From Octopus sinensis (taxonomy: Eukaryota), in contig NC_043013.1 of NCBI RefSeq assembly GCF_006345805.1, positions 29,698,001 through 29,762,000 on the forward strand: a stretch of 64,000 nucleotides of DNA. The letters are read 5' to 3'. The translations under genes and the position numbers were made by a program. Shown piece by piece: positions 37,821 through 50,853 of this stretch; positions within the stretch are counted from its first letter, which is position 1; each line of letters opens with the position of its first letter. A model generated the notes under the pieces. That model was not told the origin of the DNA, searched no databases, and was given only the letters and a program-made list of their open reading frames with translations.

Positions 37821-38699
37821 GAATATATATATATACATGGCTTTTAAAGCTTCGAAGGCCATGTCATTACGATATTGGATATTCAGCGAGAGAATTACTG
37901 ATTGGAACCTCTCTAATGGATTATCAATACAACGGAAAGAATGCTGAGGTGCAACCGGTTCCATTGAACGCATTCTTCAAATGTGACACCTTGTTACTAG
38001 TTTTTAGCCCAATCAGATCCCTAATGCAATAAAAGTCGTATCTCATAATTTTTAGTTGTATGTTCTTTTACGTTAGCACATGGACTTAGAAGAACTTTCT
38101 GAACTTCATGTATTACTTTATTCGACCAATTTCCCACTGCCAATTCCTTGAATCTGTAATCAGTCACATACCATCTGTCGGGAGCTACTGGCATCTAGAG
38201 AGCTAAAATATATAGTTGTAATACTTGCTTTCTGATCTTTGACGCCGTCGTGGAATATCATTTATTCCATATCACAAATCACAATCCAAATTATATTTAA
38301 GTTTCATACAAAATTACACAATTACTGAAACGAAAAATTAATAAATATAGAACGCAATTAAGCTTATTATAGCTTATGAAATATTTAACATAATATATGA
38401 GAAATATGCATACACTATGAAGCTCGTTTTTCATAATTAAAAATCAATGATGAACTAAGGATTACTGCCAGTAATCAAATTATTATAATATATTCTTGTC
38501 ACACGCTGATACCATCTGTTGCAGCGTAAGCAAAAGAATATTGCTGTTTCGTGAACTAACACAAAAGAGTTACTTCATAAAACATCTGCATGGAATTTAC
38601 GATCGTCTAGCTGTAGCCTACAGTCCATTATGTAAAAGCAAATTTAAGTTGCTTTTTATATTTTATGACTATGGTTAAGATTGCCTAGAAAAAAAACTA

Positions 38700-41600
38700 G
38701 TTTATATTATATTTTTAAGGAAAATACCATGGAGAAAAAAAGTAATCAGAAACGCTCTTATTGGAACTAAGGAAAATTGAGATAGAGAATGATCCAAATC
38801 TCGTATTAGACACTTATTTGTCATTCGACATTCAATGACAGAGATAGAGCTTACTGAAGATTCGCTACCGACGTTTATCCCAGAAGATGGAAACAATAAC
38901 CGGCTGAGTAGGATTGGAGCTGAGATGGAATTCTCTAAAGATTTGTCAGTACTTATTATAGGCGTAGAGATTGGCGAAAGTGTCTTGTCTGCTGCAGCTG
39001 CACGGGTGGGGAAATGGAATCCCTTGAAGGCTTGATCACTTTAGCTGACTATCCTATAGAGGACGAAGATGACACAGTAAAACTATAAACGATCATTGAC
39101 TGCAATATAACAACAGAGAGATGGAGAGAGAAGTGGATTATTCTAATCCATTTTATGGATGTGATTCTCTATTTGGGGAAATAGAAACCGGTGTTCAATA
39201 GTCTTTGTCGTCATCAACATATACATTCTCAAAGTAAAAATTATAGTAACTAGATTACAAAACTGACACATGACCAATGCAACATATATTACGAAGTGAT
39301 CGAAAAGACTTAAAACAAATCGGTTAAAATTATTATCGGCTCAGGTTATACTAAAGATAACAGCAGAAATCAAGATGGCTAAGTACTTTGTTATAATTGT
39401 TAACTCAAAACTGATCGATTTTCTTTATTCTCCCAATATTTAACAGTAAACGATAATGTTAGGGATCGATTTATAAAATTCAATGAGATACTTGGTGTAA
39501 TGGCTGAAGAGGTTTTCAACCTTATTTCCCCAGCAATAAAAACACTTATTGCTCTCAGTAACTATATGTTACAGACAGTCTTAAGATGGGGGCCTGACAT
39601 CATGTTGGGCGAAGTATCTGGTAGCCAAACAAGGGTAAAAGGGAATTCCTTTAAATGAAATTTTTGTACATTCCTGCACTCATTATTTAAATTTGGTTTT
39701 ATTTGATGCTGGAATCTTCACTATTCAAACCAAGTTATTGTTTTTTGTTTTTGCTCTTGCATGTTTATTTATTTTTAACTCCATAGAGTGTTTATGTTAC
39801 TTTCTCAGGTAGCTTCATATTTCAATATTAAAGGATCAACGCAATGATACCATATTTTTCGTTATCTTCTAAAGAGAGTTTCTGGCACCAAATGAACATC
39901 CGAGAAGTCATCAAGAGGAGTAGACTTGCAGGATTTATTTGCGCTCGTAGTTGCACTACGAAGAAAATTGAACAGTCTGATAGATAACTGTACTCCTAAA
40001 GAGTTAGAAGAGGTAAAGGATGTATTAAAATCACTAAGTAAATACAATCTTTTGTTGTCTTTATATTTTGGAACAGAGTGCTAGACAAGGCTTTCAATTA
40101 TCCATATCTTTACAGAAAAGTAATCTAGATCTGATAAAGGCATCTACTTAGGCGAAAAGTATTTATATCTCAACTGAAACAGATTGAAAATACAGTAACT
40201 GAGCTGGTTAAAAAATGTAATATTAATACATAACTAGCTGAACACATGCAGGCAGACACTTCCGTGAAGAAACACCTACGGAAATGCCAGAATCGGGAAT
40301 TCACAGTGCACATGAAGGCAACACAGCGGAACAGGGGCAACCTTAGAATCTCTGAGGCCATCCTCATACACCAAAAGAAACCCAAGATCACCAACAGAAG
40401 ATAGTTACAGGAAGCTAGCTGGTTGCTATAGCAACACCTTTCCGCGCATGTCCACTCCATACATGCTCACACATACATCGGCAACATTCGTCTATTTCTT
40501 GAAAATTGGGTCATAACCCCGAAATCTACATTAATTCACATATTTGTTTTCTTGTGATTTACCTTGCATTTACTTCGCATTGTTTTGACCTTACCCACGA
40601 TCCTTTGTACAATATATATATATATATATATGTGTGTGTGTCTTTTAGTTTTGTTTATTTATGCACATCAACAAATAAGCCAATTGAATAATTCTGTGTG
40701 GTTGTTCAATTTGCTAGAAATAACTGCCAAATCTCTCTCATCCTATGTTTTTGTTAGCATTAAGGAAAGGGAAAAAATAGAATTGATATTTTTGATTTTG
40801 TTCGGCTCTATGAAGTTAATTTTTTTAATGCCTTCATCCATTACTTGATACAAGAAAAAAGAAATTGGCAAAATCCTGACCAAAGCAGAGAAATTGTAAT
40901 TTAACAAAAACATCTTAAAAAAAAAAAAAATTGTAACTTAACAAAAAGAGAAAGAAAAGGTTGTATTCGAAAGCCAAAATATGTTTTTTTAGCTGAGGTG
41001 TAATTTTATAATTAAAACAAATTCAAAATTTATATTTCGGAACATAAGACTTAACGTTATCTGGTGTATGGTCAAATTCAAATGGGTAGAAGACCTAAAA
41101 CAAATGTGTGTGTGGTTGGGCCTTTAATAGTCAGGGGTCAATTTCAGTTCCATCGTAGAAAGGAATTCAAAGGAATTCAGCCATTCCCTCTCACTCTCTC
41201 ACTTTCTTTCTCACTTCCTCTCTCCCTTACTCGACACACGCGTCAGATTTAAGTATCTTAATTTTCCTATTGAGGCTGTTACTGCTTCGTTGGCCCAGTA
41301 GGCATGGGTGTTGAGCTGCAGTAATAATACACCACATAGGTGGCTGTTTTTAAATCTCTTCCAGAATTTATAAGAGATCTAATTAAAAATTTTTTATTTA
41401 AGCAACAGAATTTCTTTCAACAATTTCTTTCTCTAAAGCATGACACACGCATCAGGTACGTACAAAAAAACAAAAAACAAATTGGTGTATTAATATTATT
41501 GATAAAAAAATTCCACGATGACATTGCAGAGAGTGGAAAAGTATTTGGATACCTAAAAGAAATTCAATGTTCTCTGATTCTGTTATAATCAACACAGTTA

Positions 41601-42110
41601 AAATATCACAGCTTTGTAAGAATATAGCCTCCAAATTCAGAGCTGATTTGACATGATAGCTAACATAAACGTATTAGTATTTTTAGAAATCAAGAAATCT
41701 GACATTAACCTCAATTAAAATGAACTCACACAAAAGTTCCTTTCATTTAAAGACACGTTGAAAGCGTTAATAAGTACGGGCAGTGTAGTAAACTCAAATG
41801 TCGCACTAATGACCATTAACAGTGTACTTAAATTCATGATCACCAATGATATACTTCCTAACCTGTCCGTACTATATCATATACCTCTGACTTCACCGGT
41901 TGCTAACGTCATTGTGGAACGATCTTTTAGGTGATTCATCTACATTATATGCATCATATCTTCTATAATTGGCAATGAAAGATTACCTAGATTAGCTTCG
42001 ATTTCTATATCTCTCTCCTTTAAAAGATATATGACTGATGAGATGGATTACAGCACAGCAGTCGTAAATAACTTTACAAAACTAGAAGCTTTACTAATCA
42101 TGAAATAGTA
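38700..42110 (+). pseudogene. Decayed hAT transposase (Tip100/ZMYM-like), with a PLE fragment and other inserts inside
   Basis: Ordered remnants: FSQYLTVNDNVRDRFIKF..MAEEVFNLI..GPDIMLGEVSGSQTRVK (about 39420-39650); LLKRVSGTK*TSEK (about 39875); LSISLQKSNLDLIKAS (about 40095); IPLTSPVANVIVERSF..IGNERLPRLASISI (about 41880-42010). Confidence 0.75.
40215..40404 (+). pseudogene. GIY-YIG endonuclease C-terminal fragment (Penelope-like element)
   Basis: NINT*LAEHMQADTSVKKHLRKCQNREFTVHMKATQRNRGNLRISEAILIHQKKPKITNRR*, matching R..EH...HL..C...I.EA..I...P.LN.R. Confidence 0.7.
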
Positions 42111-42244
42111 GTTGCTGTATGTAATTTTTGTTTTGTTTTCGTTTTACGGTTTATTGTGTGTTTTATGATGTTTTGATTTTAAATACAATAACGATTAATG
42201 GAACCTTCTTTTTCTTATGTTTTGATTTTGAAATACAAAATCTG

Positions 42245-42650
42245 CAACTGGTTTCAGCCATTGGACTGCAGCCACGTTAGGTCACTGACTTGAAGAGTTT
42301 AGTCGATCGGATAGAAAACAATATTTATAATCTTTAAAATCCTTTCAGTGATTTTGACGAACTGTAAAGCTATGGAACGTAAACAAACCAACACCGATTT
42401 TTCAACTGGTGGGGGGAAAATACAAACACACAAATGTGCATATATGTGTGTGTGTATGTATGTATGTATGTATTTATGTATTTATGTATGTACGACAGGC
42501 TTCCACTCAATTTCCATCTTGTAAATTCAGTGGTCAACTTGGGGTAATGGTAGAAGACACTTGCCCAAGGTCCAGTGCTGTGAAACTGGACCCGAAGCTA
42601 CACGGCTGCAAAATGAGCTTCGTAACCATACAGGCATACTTGCTCCTTTA
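42245..42650 (-). mobile_element. SINE family A (diverged)
   Basis: Reverse-complement tail, core and head recognisable. Confidence 0.65.
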
Positions 42651-42972
42651 CGTGGTTATGCATACACTTCTTTAAAACTGTATTTTCCTTGTTTCAAGAT
42701 GTGAAGTAGAAAATATAATATATTCAATGAATTCGAAATTAACTTACGCCATTTTTTTCATCTGCCCGTTCTTTTCTTTTTAGAACCTGGATACTCCTCT
42801 GCTCCTATCATCATTGTCACTATGTCTGTGGTCGAAACAATTATCTTCCATCTTCTCACTAGTGTCGTTAGTTAAGTAGTAAGGCAACATACGTTTTTAG
42901 AGCCACAAGAAATATTAATTCAATATGATATGCATCACTTTCAGAAATCCTACATGCACACACACACACACA

Positions 42973-43010
<38 letters not shown>

Positions 43011-43036
43011 TATCAGATGTACGACTGTTACACATA

Positions 43037-43885
43037 CGAGGAGGTACCCGAAAGTAACCGGAAACGTTCTCTGTAGGACAAACCCGTTGTAGTTCAGGCT
43101 ACCACCGCTAGAAGCCACTTGATGCATCAGTCTGCCGACAGCGGCGTTCACTGAGGTCGTACTGCCACGTGGTGCGTCTTTGTTTTGCAATGCTTCTCCC
43201 CTGTTCGTCGATTTTTGCGATGGCTGAAACGAAGAAACAGCATGCCTCAAACAGCTTACAAGGACGCTGCCATGAGCATAAAATAAGTTTAAGCCTAGTT
43301 TTCTCGTTTTAGGAATGGTCTCTTGTCGCTTTGAAGACCAACTTCGTTCAGGGCGATCGCCAACCTCTTGAACGAATGAAAACATCACGAAAATTCATGA
43401 AGTGATGTTGAAGGACTATCACCAAAGAATTAATGGACTTGTTGATATGACTGGTGTACCTTGGAGCTTATGTCAACGAATTTTGATCGAGGAATTGCAA
43501 ATGAAAAGAGTTGCAGCAATATTTGAGCTCCGCTTGCGCACGGAAGTGTGAGACAGTTTTTGATCAAAAATGGTATGACCCTGCTTACCCACCTTCCCTA
43601 TTCACCTGATCTTGCTTCCTGCAAATTTTTTCGTTCCCCCGAATGAAAAATGTCCTTAAAGGAAAACGTTTGCCAGACTTTGAAGAGGCGAAGAAAAAAC
43701 GATGGAGGCGTTAAAAGGCATTACTTCGCGAGGGTTTCATGTCTGCTTCGAACAATGGAAAACGCGTCTGAACCGATACATTCTTTCAAATGGAGAATAC
43801 TTTGAAGGCGATAAAAGTGTAAACATGTAAAACTATGTGAATAAAATGATAGTGCAAAATCCCAGTTTCTTATGGGTACCCCTCA
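43037..43885 (+). mobile_element. Internally deleted mariner element
   Basis: TA-CGAGGAGGTACCCGAAAGTAACCGG left end and CCAGTTTCTTATGGGTACCCCTC right end; remnants HLPYSPDLASC.FF.FPRMKNVLKGKR and GEYFEGD. Confidence 0.85.
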
Positions 43886-44172
43886 GATTACCATAGTCCC
43901 GTCTGCTTCTAGTATAGTGGTCAATCAACTACTTTACATAGTACTGTCATTAGTTGTGAAGTACTGAAATACAGAGCAAAAGAAGAAGTTATCAAGTTTA
44001 TATTATTAGTTCCTACGTACGTTAAACCATTATGGTTGCTTGGAACCCTTTTGCATATTCGTTAAGCATCCGAATGTACTTGGAACACCAAATGCATGGT
44101 TTCAAGAAACCATAATAGTAAAACGTACGTAGGAACTATTGATATAAACTTGTGCTTACCACAATTCCTCAT

Positions 44173-44217
<45 letters not shown>

Positions 44218-44484
44218 ACACACACACACACACAATTTGCAGAAAACGGAGAATACATATATAGAATAATCAATTTGTTATCATAGCCCAGTCAAATGAA
44301 TAAGTTCATTCATATTGCCTATGCTGCGTTTCGGCTAATTGCTAACAATTCATATTTACACTTTTAAAGTGAATTATGAAGTCGAAAAAAGCAAAATGCC
44401 TCCTCAGGACATGATTGACTGATATTTTTCACATCCGAAGTGATAGAGAGTTTATTCGGATCGGAATAAACTGCGTGCGCGCGC

Positions 44485-44563
<79 letters not shown>

Positions 44564-45333
44564 GCATGGAAAAACATGGTCGTGACTTAGTATTTCTATA
44601 GCACACTGCTTTGGATATTCGGACAGTCTGATGTAACGAATAATTCATTCAAAATAACCACCTGAAGAAACGCGTTTCACACCTCTGACGGATGATAGTA
44701 ATTACGCAATGTTAATTATATCATCTCACCTTTGTACTACGAGTGTGATTTTGTGTGGAAGCAATTGTAGTGATATGGACTAAAGAACGTCGTTCAATCT
44801 ATTTTCTCTTCTCTCTCTCTCTATCTCCCTCTCTATCTATACATATATACATATATATGTATCAATATATAAATATACACACACCTTCATCGAAAACACA
44901 TTCATTGAAAGTATATTCTGCGCAAGACAGACTGAACGAAATACAAATTGATCGAAGACATAAGTTACTGTAAAGTATATCGAAAGACGTATTGGTCTAA
45001 AAATATTGATGAAAATATATATTCTGAAAAAACAACAACAAAAAAAAACAACAAACAAGAAAAACAAAACAAAACAGAAAGAAACACCCCCACCCTACAA
45101 AACGAGAAATACAAACAAATTTATTCCAAATAATTCTTTTTTAAAATGATAAGAAATGATAATTGTTTTAAAACGAAATTTATTTTCAATTTATTTTCAG
45201 ATTAGCTGTTTTATTAGAAACATAATTTTATCTCGAATAACTTTTTTAAAGAACATATTGTAAATTTTAAATGATAAAAAGAAATTTTATTTTTGAATAA
45301 AATATATTTTCAATTATGTGTTGTGTTAGTGCG

Positions 45334-45372
<39 letters not shown>

Positions 45373-46018
45373 TGTTTGTGTATGTCTTTTATATATAACG
45401 TTCAAAAATAAATATTTGGATGTGCTAATTTCTTTAATGGCCATAGCAATAAGAATCATTCCTAACATTAACACACGAGCACAACAGACTTTATGTTCTG
45501 AATATATTTGATTAGACCTGAATAATTTGAGCAAATGGTAGAGAGGCGAGTCATTGGTGTAAACATTTAAAAAAAACTTTTTATTAAAAAAATTGCATTC
45601 ATTTAATTCGTTTTTCTCAGTGCGTCTTGGGCATTGAAGCGAACTCAGGCATTGGTTGAAGTGATATATAAGTGTTTGTTACTAGTAGACTTGATTGAGG
45701 AGAACCAATCGTGTTTTTTGGTGCTAAATTTGAAATCATGATATCAAGTTAACTGGGATTCCTTCTTGCAATTTTGCAGAAGTAAGACGCAATCTTTAAT
45801 TCCCTTACTTAATGCCAACCATATCTGTGAAAATATAGTGGTAACAGTTGTGGCTTAGGAGTGTTTTGATTCTTATTTTTAGTAAAGCTGGTGTCTTTTA
45901 AAAAAAGTGACATTACTATATATAATTCTTTTATATAATTCTATTAATTTTCCCTATACAGTTTTAGCTTGCAGCCACAAACATTAATATTGTTTTGTGC
46001 GTGTGTGTATGTATGTGT

Positions 46019-46082
<64 letters not shown>

Positions 46083-46424
46083 GTGTGTGTGTGGCTTAGT
46101 GGTTAGGGTGTCAGCATCATGATCGTAAGATTGTGGTTTCGATTCCTGGACGGGGCGACACGTTGTGTTCTTGAGCAAAACACTTCATTTCACGTTACTC
46201 CAGTCTACTCAGCTGGCAAAAATGAGTAACAGTGCGATGGACTGGCATCCCTTCCAGCTGGGGAACAGACACACCATTGAAACCGGGAAACCGGGCCCAT
46301 GAGCCTGGCTAAGCTTTAAAAGGGCACATTTATTACATATATATACATAATATAAATAATATATAAATATATGCATATATGTACATACCTACATATATAT
46401 GTATATATACATGATAAATGCATA

Positions 46425-46684
46425 TATGGGTACAGGACATCAAAAAACGTTGAACACAATGAGAAACGAAAACATAAAAACAAAAATATAGAAGCGAACC
46501 TTTTTTCAAACAACGTGAAACAAGTGCAAGTGTCTTGCTCTTGAAATAAAGTTCTTGCTCAAGAACACAACGCACAGCTCTGTCCGGGAATCGAATTCGC
46601 TACCTCATGATTATGAGCCCGACGCTCTAACCTCTGAGTTATGCGCCTCCACTATCTACCTATTTATCTATCTGTCTGTTTGCG

Positions 46685-46715
<31 letters not shown>

Positions 46716-46989
46716 ATATATATATATATATATATAGGAGATAAATAAAAATATATGCATACATACAAACATATATGTACGTACCTACATCTACATGTAT
46801 ATATACATGCATATATAAATAATTATACGGAAGTACAGGACATCACAATAAGACGTAGAAACAGAAAAAGCCAAAAAACAAAAAACAAGAAAACGGAAAA
46901 CGAAAACCAAATACAGGACAGGTTACACAAGGACAAAACCCCCGTCATCAGCTGTCGCTAGAGGAGTCAGGCATGTTTCGAAGGCATAT
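46425..46989 (-). mobile_element. Two pLTR fragments (46425-46530 and 46828-46989) related to 51443-51600, with a SINE fragment between them
   Basis: Shared blocks caggacatca..aaacg..aaaaca..gacagg; CGAAACATG and CTGATGA half-motifs on the minus strand at 46945-46985. Confidence 0.45.
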
Positions 46990-47176
46990 ACGTTATATAA
47001 TTCGGGTTCAGTAAAATAATTTACTTTACCACACACCGAACTTTTAGAAATAGCAGCCAAAAAATCTTAGCTATTTCTTCTACTATAAGAAAAATCTCCC
47101 AGATAATGTATACTCAAAAATAATTCACACAGGTATGGAGGGAAAAATAACAAAAGATCACATGTACATAAGATTA

Positions 47177-47240
47177 CTTGAGAACGTACGTGTCTAGATT
47201 AGTTGAATTTAAAGATCAACACTTCTTTCGTCAGCTCAAA
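47177..47240 (-). ncRNA. Hammerhead ribozyme remnant (A14C), left arm of an inverted repeat
   Basis: TTTGAG-CTGACGA-A-AGA..GTTGA/TCAAC..TCT-A-GACAC-GTAC-GT-T-CTCAAG; homologous to the 50.3-kb HHR. Confidence 0.65.
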
Positions 47241-47391
47241 GATTTCTTAGATTTGGATTTGAGAGCACTAAAAATCGAACATACCCGTCTGATATAAGTA
47301 ATCCCAGACAAACCATCTTCGACCGCCAGTACCAACGAATTCAAAAAGTACAAATGATTTTTAGTGCTCTCAAATCCAAATCTAAAAAATC

Positions 47392-47455
47392 TTTGAGCTG
47401 ACGAAGGAAATGTTGATCTTTAAATTCAACTAATCTAGACACGTACGTTCTCAAG
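47392..47455 (+). ncRNA. Hammerhead ribozyme remnant (A14C), right arm of an inverted repeat
   Basis: TTTGAG-CTGACGA-A-GGA..GTTGA/TCAAC..TCT-A-GACAC-GTAC-GT-T-CTCAAG on the + strand. Confidence 0.65.
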
Positions 47456-47737
47456 TAATCTTATGTACATGTGATCTTTTGTTATTTTTCCCTCCATACC
47501 TGCGTGAATTATTTTTGAGTATACATTGTCTGGGAGATTTTTCTTATAGTAGAAGAAATAGCTAAGATTTTTTGGCTGCTATTTCTAAAAGTTCGGTATA
47601 TGGTAAAGTAAATTATTTTACTGGACCCTAATTATATAACGTAATGTTTTAAATATACCGTAAATGGTCTTCTTACATACTGAACACTACTTGATAAAAT
47701 TAATTAATAATTAATTGATTTTATCCTTTTATTATTG

Positions 47738-47784
<47 letters not shown>

Positions 47785-47788
47785 ATAT

Positions 47789-47835
<47 letters not shown>

Positions 47836-47858
47836 TATATAATATATATATATATATA

Positions 47859-48325
47859 TAGGAGTGGCTGTGTGGTAAGTAGTTGTGTGGTTAGTAGCTG
47901 TGTGGTAAGTAGCTGTGTGGTAAGTAGCTTGCTTACGAACCACATGGTCCTGGGTTCAGTCCCACTGCGTGGCATCTTGGGCAAGTGTCTTCTACTATAG
48001 CCTCAGGCGGAGCAAAGTCTTGTGAGTGGACTTGGTAGATGGAAACTGAAAGAAGCTCGTCGTATGTATGTATGTATGTATGTATGTATGTATGTATGTG
48101 TGTGTGTATATATGTTTATGTGTTTGTGTTTGTCCCCTCAACATCGCTTGACAACCGATGGTGGTGTGTTTACGTCCCTGTAACTTAGCGGTTCTGCAAA
48201 AGAGACCGATAGAATAAGTACTAGGTATCCAAAGAATAAGTCCTGGGGTCGATTTGCTCGACTAAAGGTGCTGCTCCAGCATGACCACAGTCAAATGACT
48301 GAACAAGTAAAAGAGTAAAAGAGTA
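47859..48325 (+). mobile_element. SINE family A with a 4x tandem A-box segment
   Basis: (agctgtgtggtaagt) x4 at 47866-47925. Confidence 0.9.
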
Positions 48326-48358
48326 AATATATATACACACGTACACACACACACACAC

Positions 48359-48436
<78 letters not shown>

Positions 48437-48439
48437 CAT

Positions 48440-48728
48440 GTGGAGGCGCAATGGCCCAGTGGTTAGGGCAGCGGGATCGCGGTTTCGATTCCCAGACCAG
48501 GCGTTGTGAGTGTTTATTGAGCAAAAACACCTAAAGCTCTACAAGGCTCCGGCAGGGGGTGGTGGTGATCCCTGCTGTACTCTTTCGCCACAACTCTCTA
48601 TCATTCTTTCTTCTATCGGCCTCCTCGCTTAGCCAGCAGGGTGGCGTCATTTGAAGGCTAAAACAATGCGAAGAAATTGTGACCAGCGATGTAGTAACAT
48701 CTGATAGCCTGGCCGGTCACGGTGATCA
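48440..48728 (+). mobile_element. SINE family C
   Basis: tggaggcgcaatggcccagtggttaggg head, homologous to 21727-21560. Confidence 0.85.
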
Positions 48729-48798
48729 CATATATACATATATGCATATAATCTCAATAAGATGATGTAGTAGTAATAGTAGTAGTAGCAGCAGCAGC

Positions 48799-48841
<43 letters not shown>

Positions 48842-50009
48842 AAAGCAAGTATGTAAGTCAATAAGTAGAAGATAGAATAGGAAAGGAACGATGAACGTGT
48901 AGAAAGTTACGCCATCGGTCATCACAACAGCGACATATTTTGTCAAAAATTGAAAATGGCGATATCAATAGCTGCTTAGATTCTCGAATGATTCGTAGCC
49001 AATTATTCTGATCATTCAACTGTCTTCTCTCTATCCAGTAAACATTTCGCTTTGCTATCTTTCGCATCTCGTATAATTCTTTTTAGATTTTTTCTCTTCT
49101 TTTCAATATTAGAAATGAAAGATTAATGGCTGTGATAATAACTTACCAATTCTTTTCATTCAGTTTCTAACTGTTAATATCTAAATCTTTACATCAGATG
49201 CGATCTGTTATTGTATGTATGCATGTATGTATATATGTATGTATGAATGTATGTATATGTGTGTGTAAAAGGGTGTATGTACGTAAATGTGTGTATAAGT
49301 GTTCGCATTCACATATGCAAATATGTATGAGCGCGTAATGTGTTCATATGTATGTAATCATCTAAGTATATACGTTGGCATGTATGTACATTTATTCATT
49401 TGTACATGCATATGTGTATACTTACATGAATGTATTTGTATATATATAAATATATATGTATATATATTTGTGTGTAATATGTATATATGTCTCTTCTGAC
49501 TAAAGCAACTATCTGTACATCATGTAAATTTGATATGGCAGTTTTTCGCTTGCAATTTGCCATCACAACGCGACTTCCTCTGGATTCAAAATGCCTAGGA
49601 GTTCGAATAAAACAATTGTATAAATCTTGTAAGTTAGCAAAAAGTATTTTAAATTTGTCATCGTGATAACGAGCAACCATTTGTGAGGTCGACAATTTTT
49701 ACACAATCATTGTCATTTTATCGTCTGTACTTTACCGATGGCCCTGACACGTCTTAATAAACCGCTTACTTGTTACTTCACACTTGGCTTAGAAGCAATG
49801 AGCAAATGAGATAGCTTATACTCAGTAGCCCTATGTATTGGAAAGGACAACGGAATTTCCCTTAAACCACGGCCTATTGTCTTTATAAAAGAAAATGGAA
49901 AGATATGAATAAAGTAATCGTAAATGCTCTATGTATAAAAAGAAGCAGCAAGAACAGGGCCAGATTATAATCCAGAAGAGGCTCTAAACACTTAAAAGAT
50001 TTTGGTGTT

Positions 50010-50046
<37 letters not shown>

Positions 50047-50258
50047 ATACTATATATCTATATATATATATATATTATATATATATATATATATAAATTA
50101 CTTTGCCGCATACTGAACTCATTAGAAATAGCAGCTAAAAAACATTTATAAAACTATTTCTAATACTTAAAGAAAACCTCTCTCATATAGTGTTTGCTCA
50201 ATTCAACTCACGAAAGTATGGGGGGTAGAGACATTAAAAAAATCAAATGCAAAGGTTA

Positions 50259-50315
50259 TTTGAGAACGTACGTTTCAAGATTAGTCAAACTCGACATTTC
50301 TATCATCAGCTCAAA
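50259..50315 (-). ncRNA. Type I hammerhead ribozyme with intact core
   Basis: Minus strand reads TTTGAG-CTGATGA-T-AGA.aat.GTC.gagttt.GAC.taa.TCT-T-GAAAC-GTAC-GT-T-CTCAAA. Perfect 6-bp stem I, palindromic stem III (ACGTACGT), GUU cleavage triplet; non-canonical U-U at 10.1/11.1. Confidence 0.8.
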
Positions 50316-50796
50316 ACTCCCTGGTTTGGATTTGAAAACACTGAAAGTGGGAGCATACCCCTTCGGCCTCTTATCGCTTCTGAAGATCCGCTCGTAACTA
50401 ACAGTGCCAACAAACTCAAATATGCAAGCGAAGAATTTCCGCTCTCCCCTTTCCACCAGTATGCTTTTTTCGGTAAAATCCGAGGCATTTAAATAGAGAG
50501 AGATGAATTATAATTTCAACAATTGAGGGTAAAATTAATTAATTAATCAATTTCACCAAGTGTTCAGTATGCAAAGGGACCATTTAAGGCGAATTCAAAT
50601 TATTACATTATATAAAAGGGCTTAGTAAAATAAATTACTTTGCCGCATACTGAACTCATTAGAAATAGCAGCTAAAAAAACATTTATAAAACTATTTCTA
50701 ATACTTAAAGAAAACCTCTCTCATATAGTGTTTGCTCAATTCAACTCACGAAAGTATGGGGGGTAGAGACATTAAAAAAATCAAATGCAAAGGTTA

Positions 50797-50853
50797 TTTG
50801 AGAACGTACGTTTCAAGATTAGTCAAACTCGACATTTCTATCATCAGCTCAGA
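50797..50853 (-). ncRNA. Second type I hammerhead ribozyme, tandem copy 538 nt from the first
   Basis: Same core as 50259-50315; the stem I 5' strand is TCTGAG (one mismatch). Confidence 0.78.

Larger units (their letters stand above)
46990..47642. repeat. 287-bp inverted repeat with a 79-bp spacer (same PLE-like family as 50094-51039)
   Basis: Arms 46990-47276 and 47356-47642 are reverse complements with only a handful of mismatches; they share gaaatagcagc and ttgagaacgtacgt blocks with the 50-kb locus. Confidence 0.9.

Noticed and set aside
44318-44415. Minus-strand CTGAGGA-GGC...GCC-GAAACGC
   Set aside because: Stem II is plausible, but the GUH triplet and stem I are missing; at best a remnant, so not called.
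44625-44730. Hammerhead at GAAACGCGTTTC with nearby CTGAAGA/CTGATG
   Set aside because: I could not assemble a core with stems I and II in the right order on either strand.
49147-49204. Minus-strand mini-exon ending at a perfect gtaagt donor
   Set aside because: Stops in all frames for each candidate acceptor; cannot be supported without RNA data.
49396-49695. 99-aa minus-strand ORF with a complex N-terminal part
   Set aside because: TTG start, in-frame stop just upstream, no splice acceptor, runs into microsatellite, and no recognisable motif.
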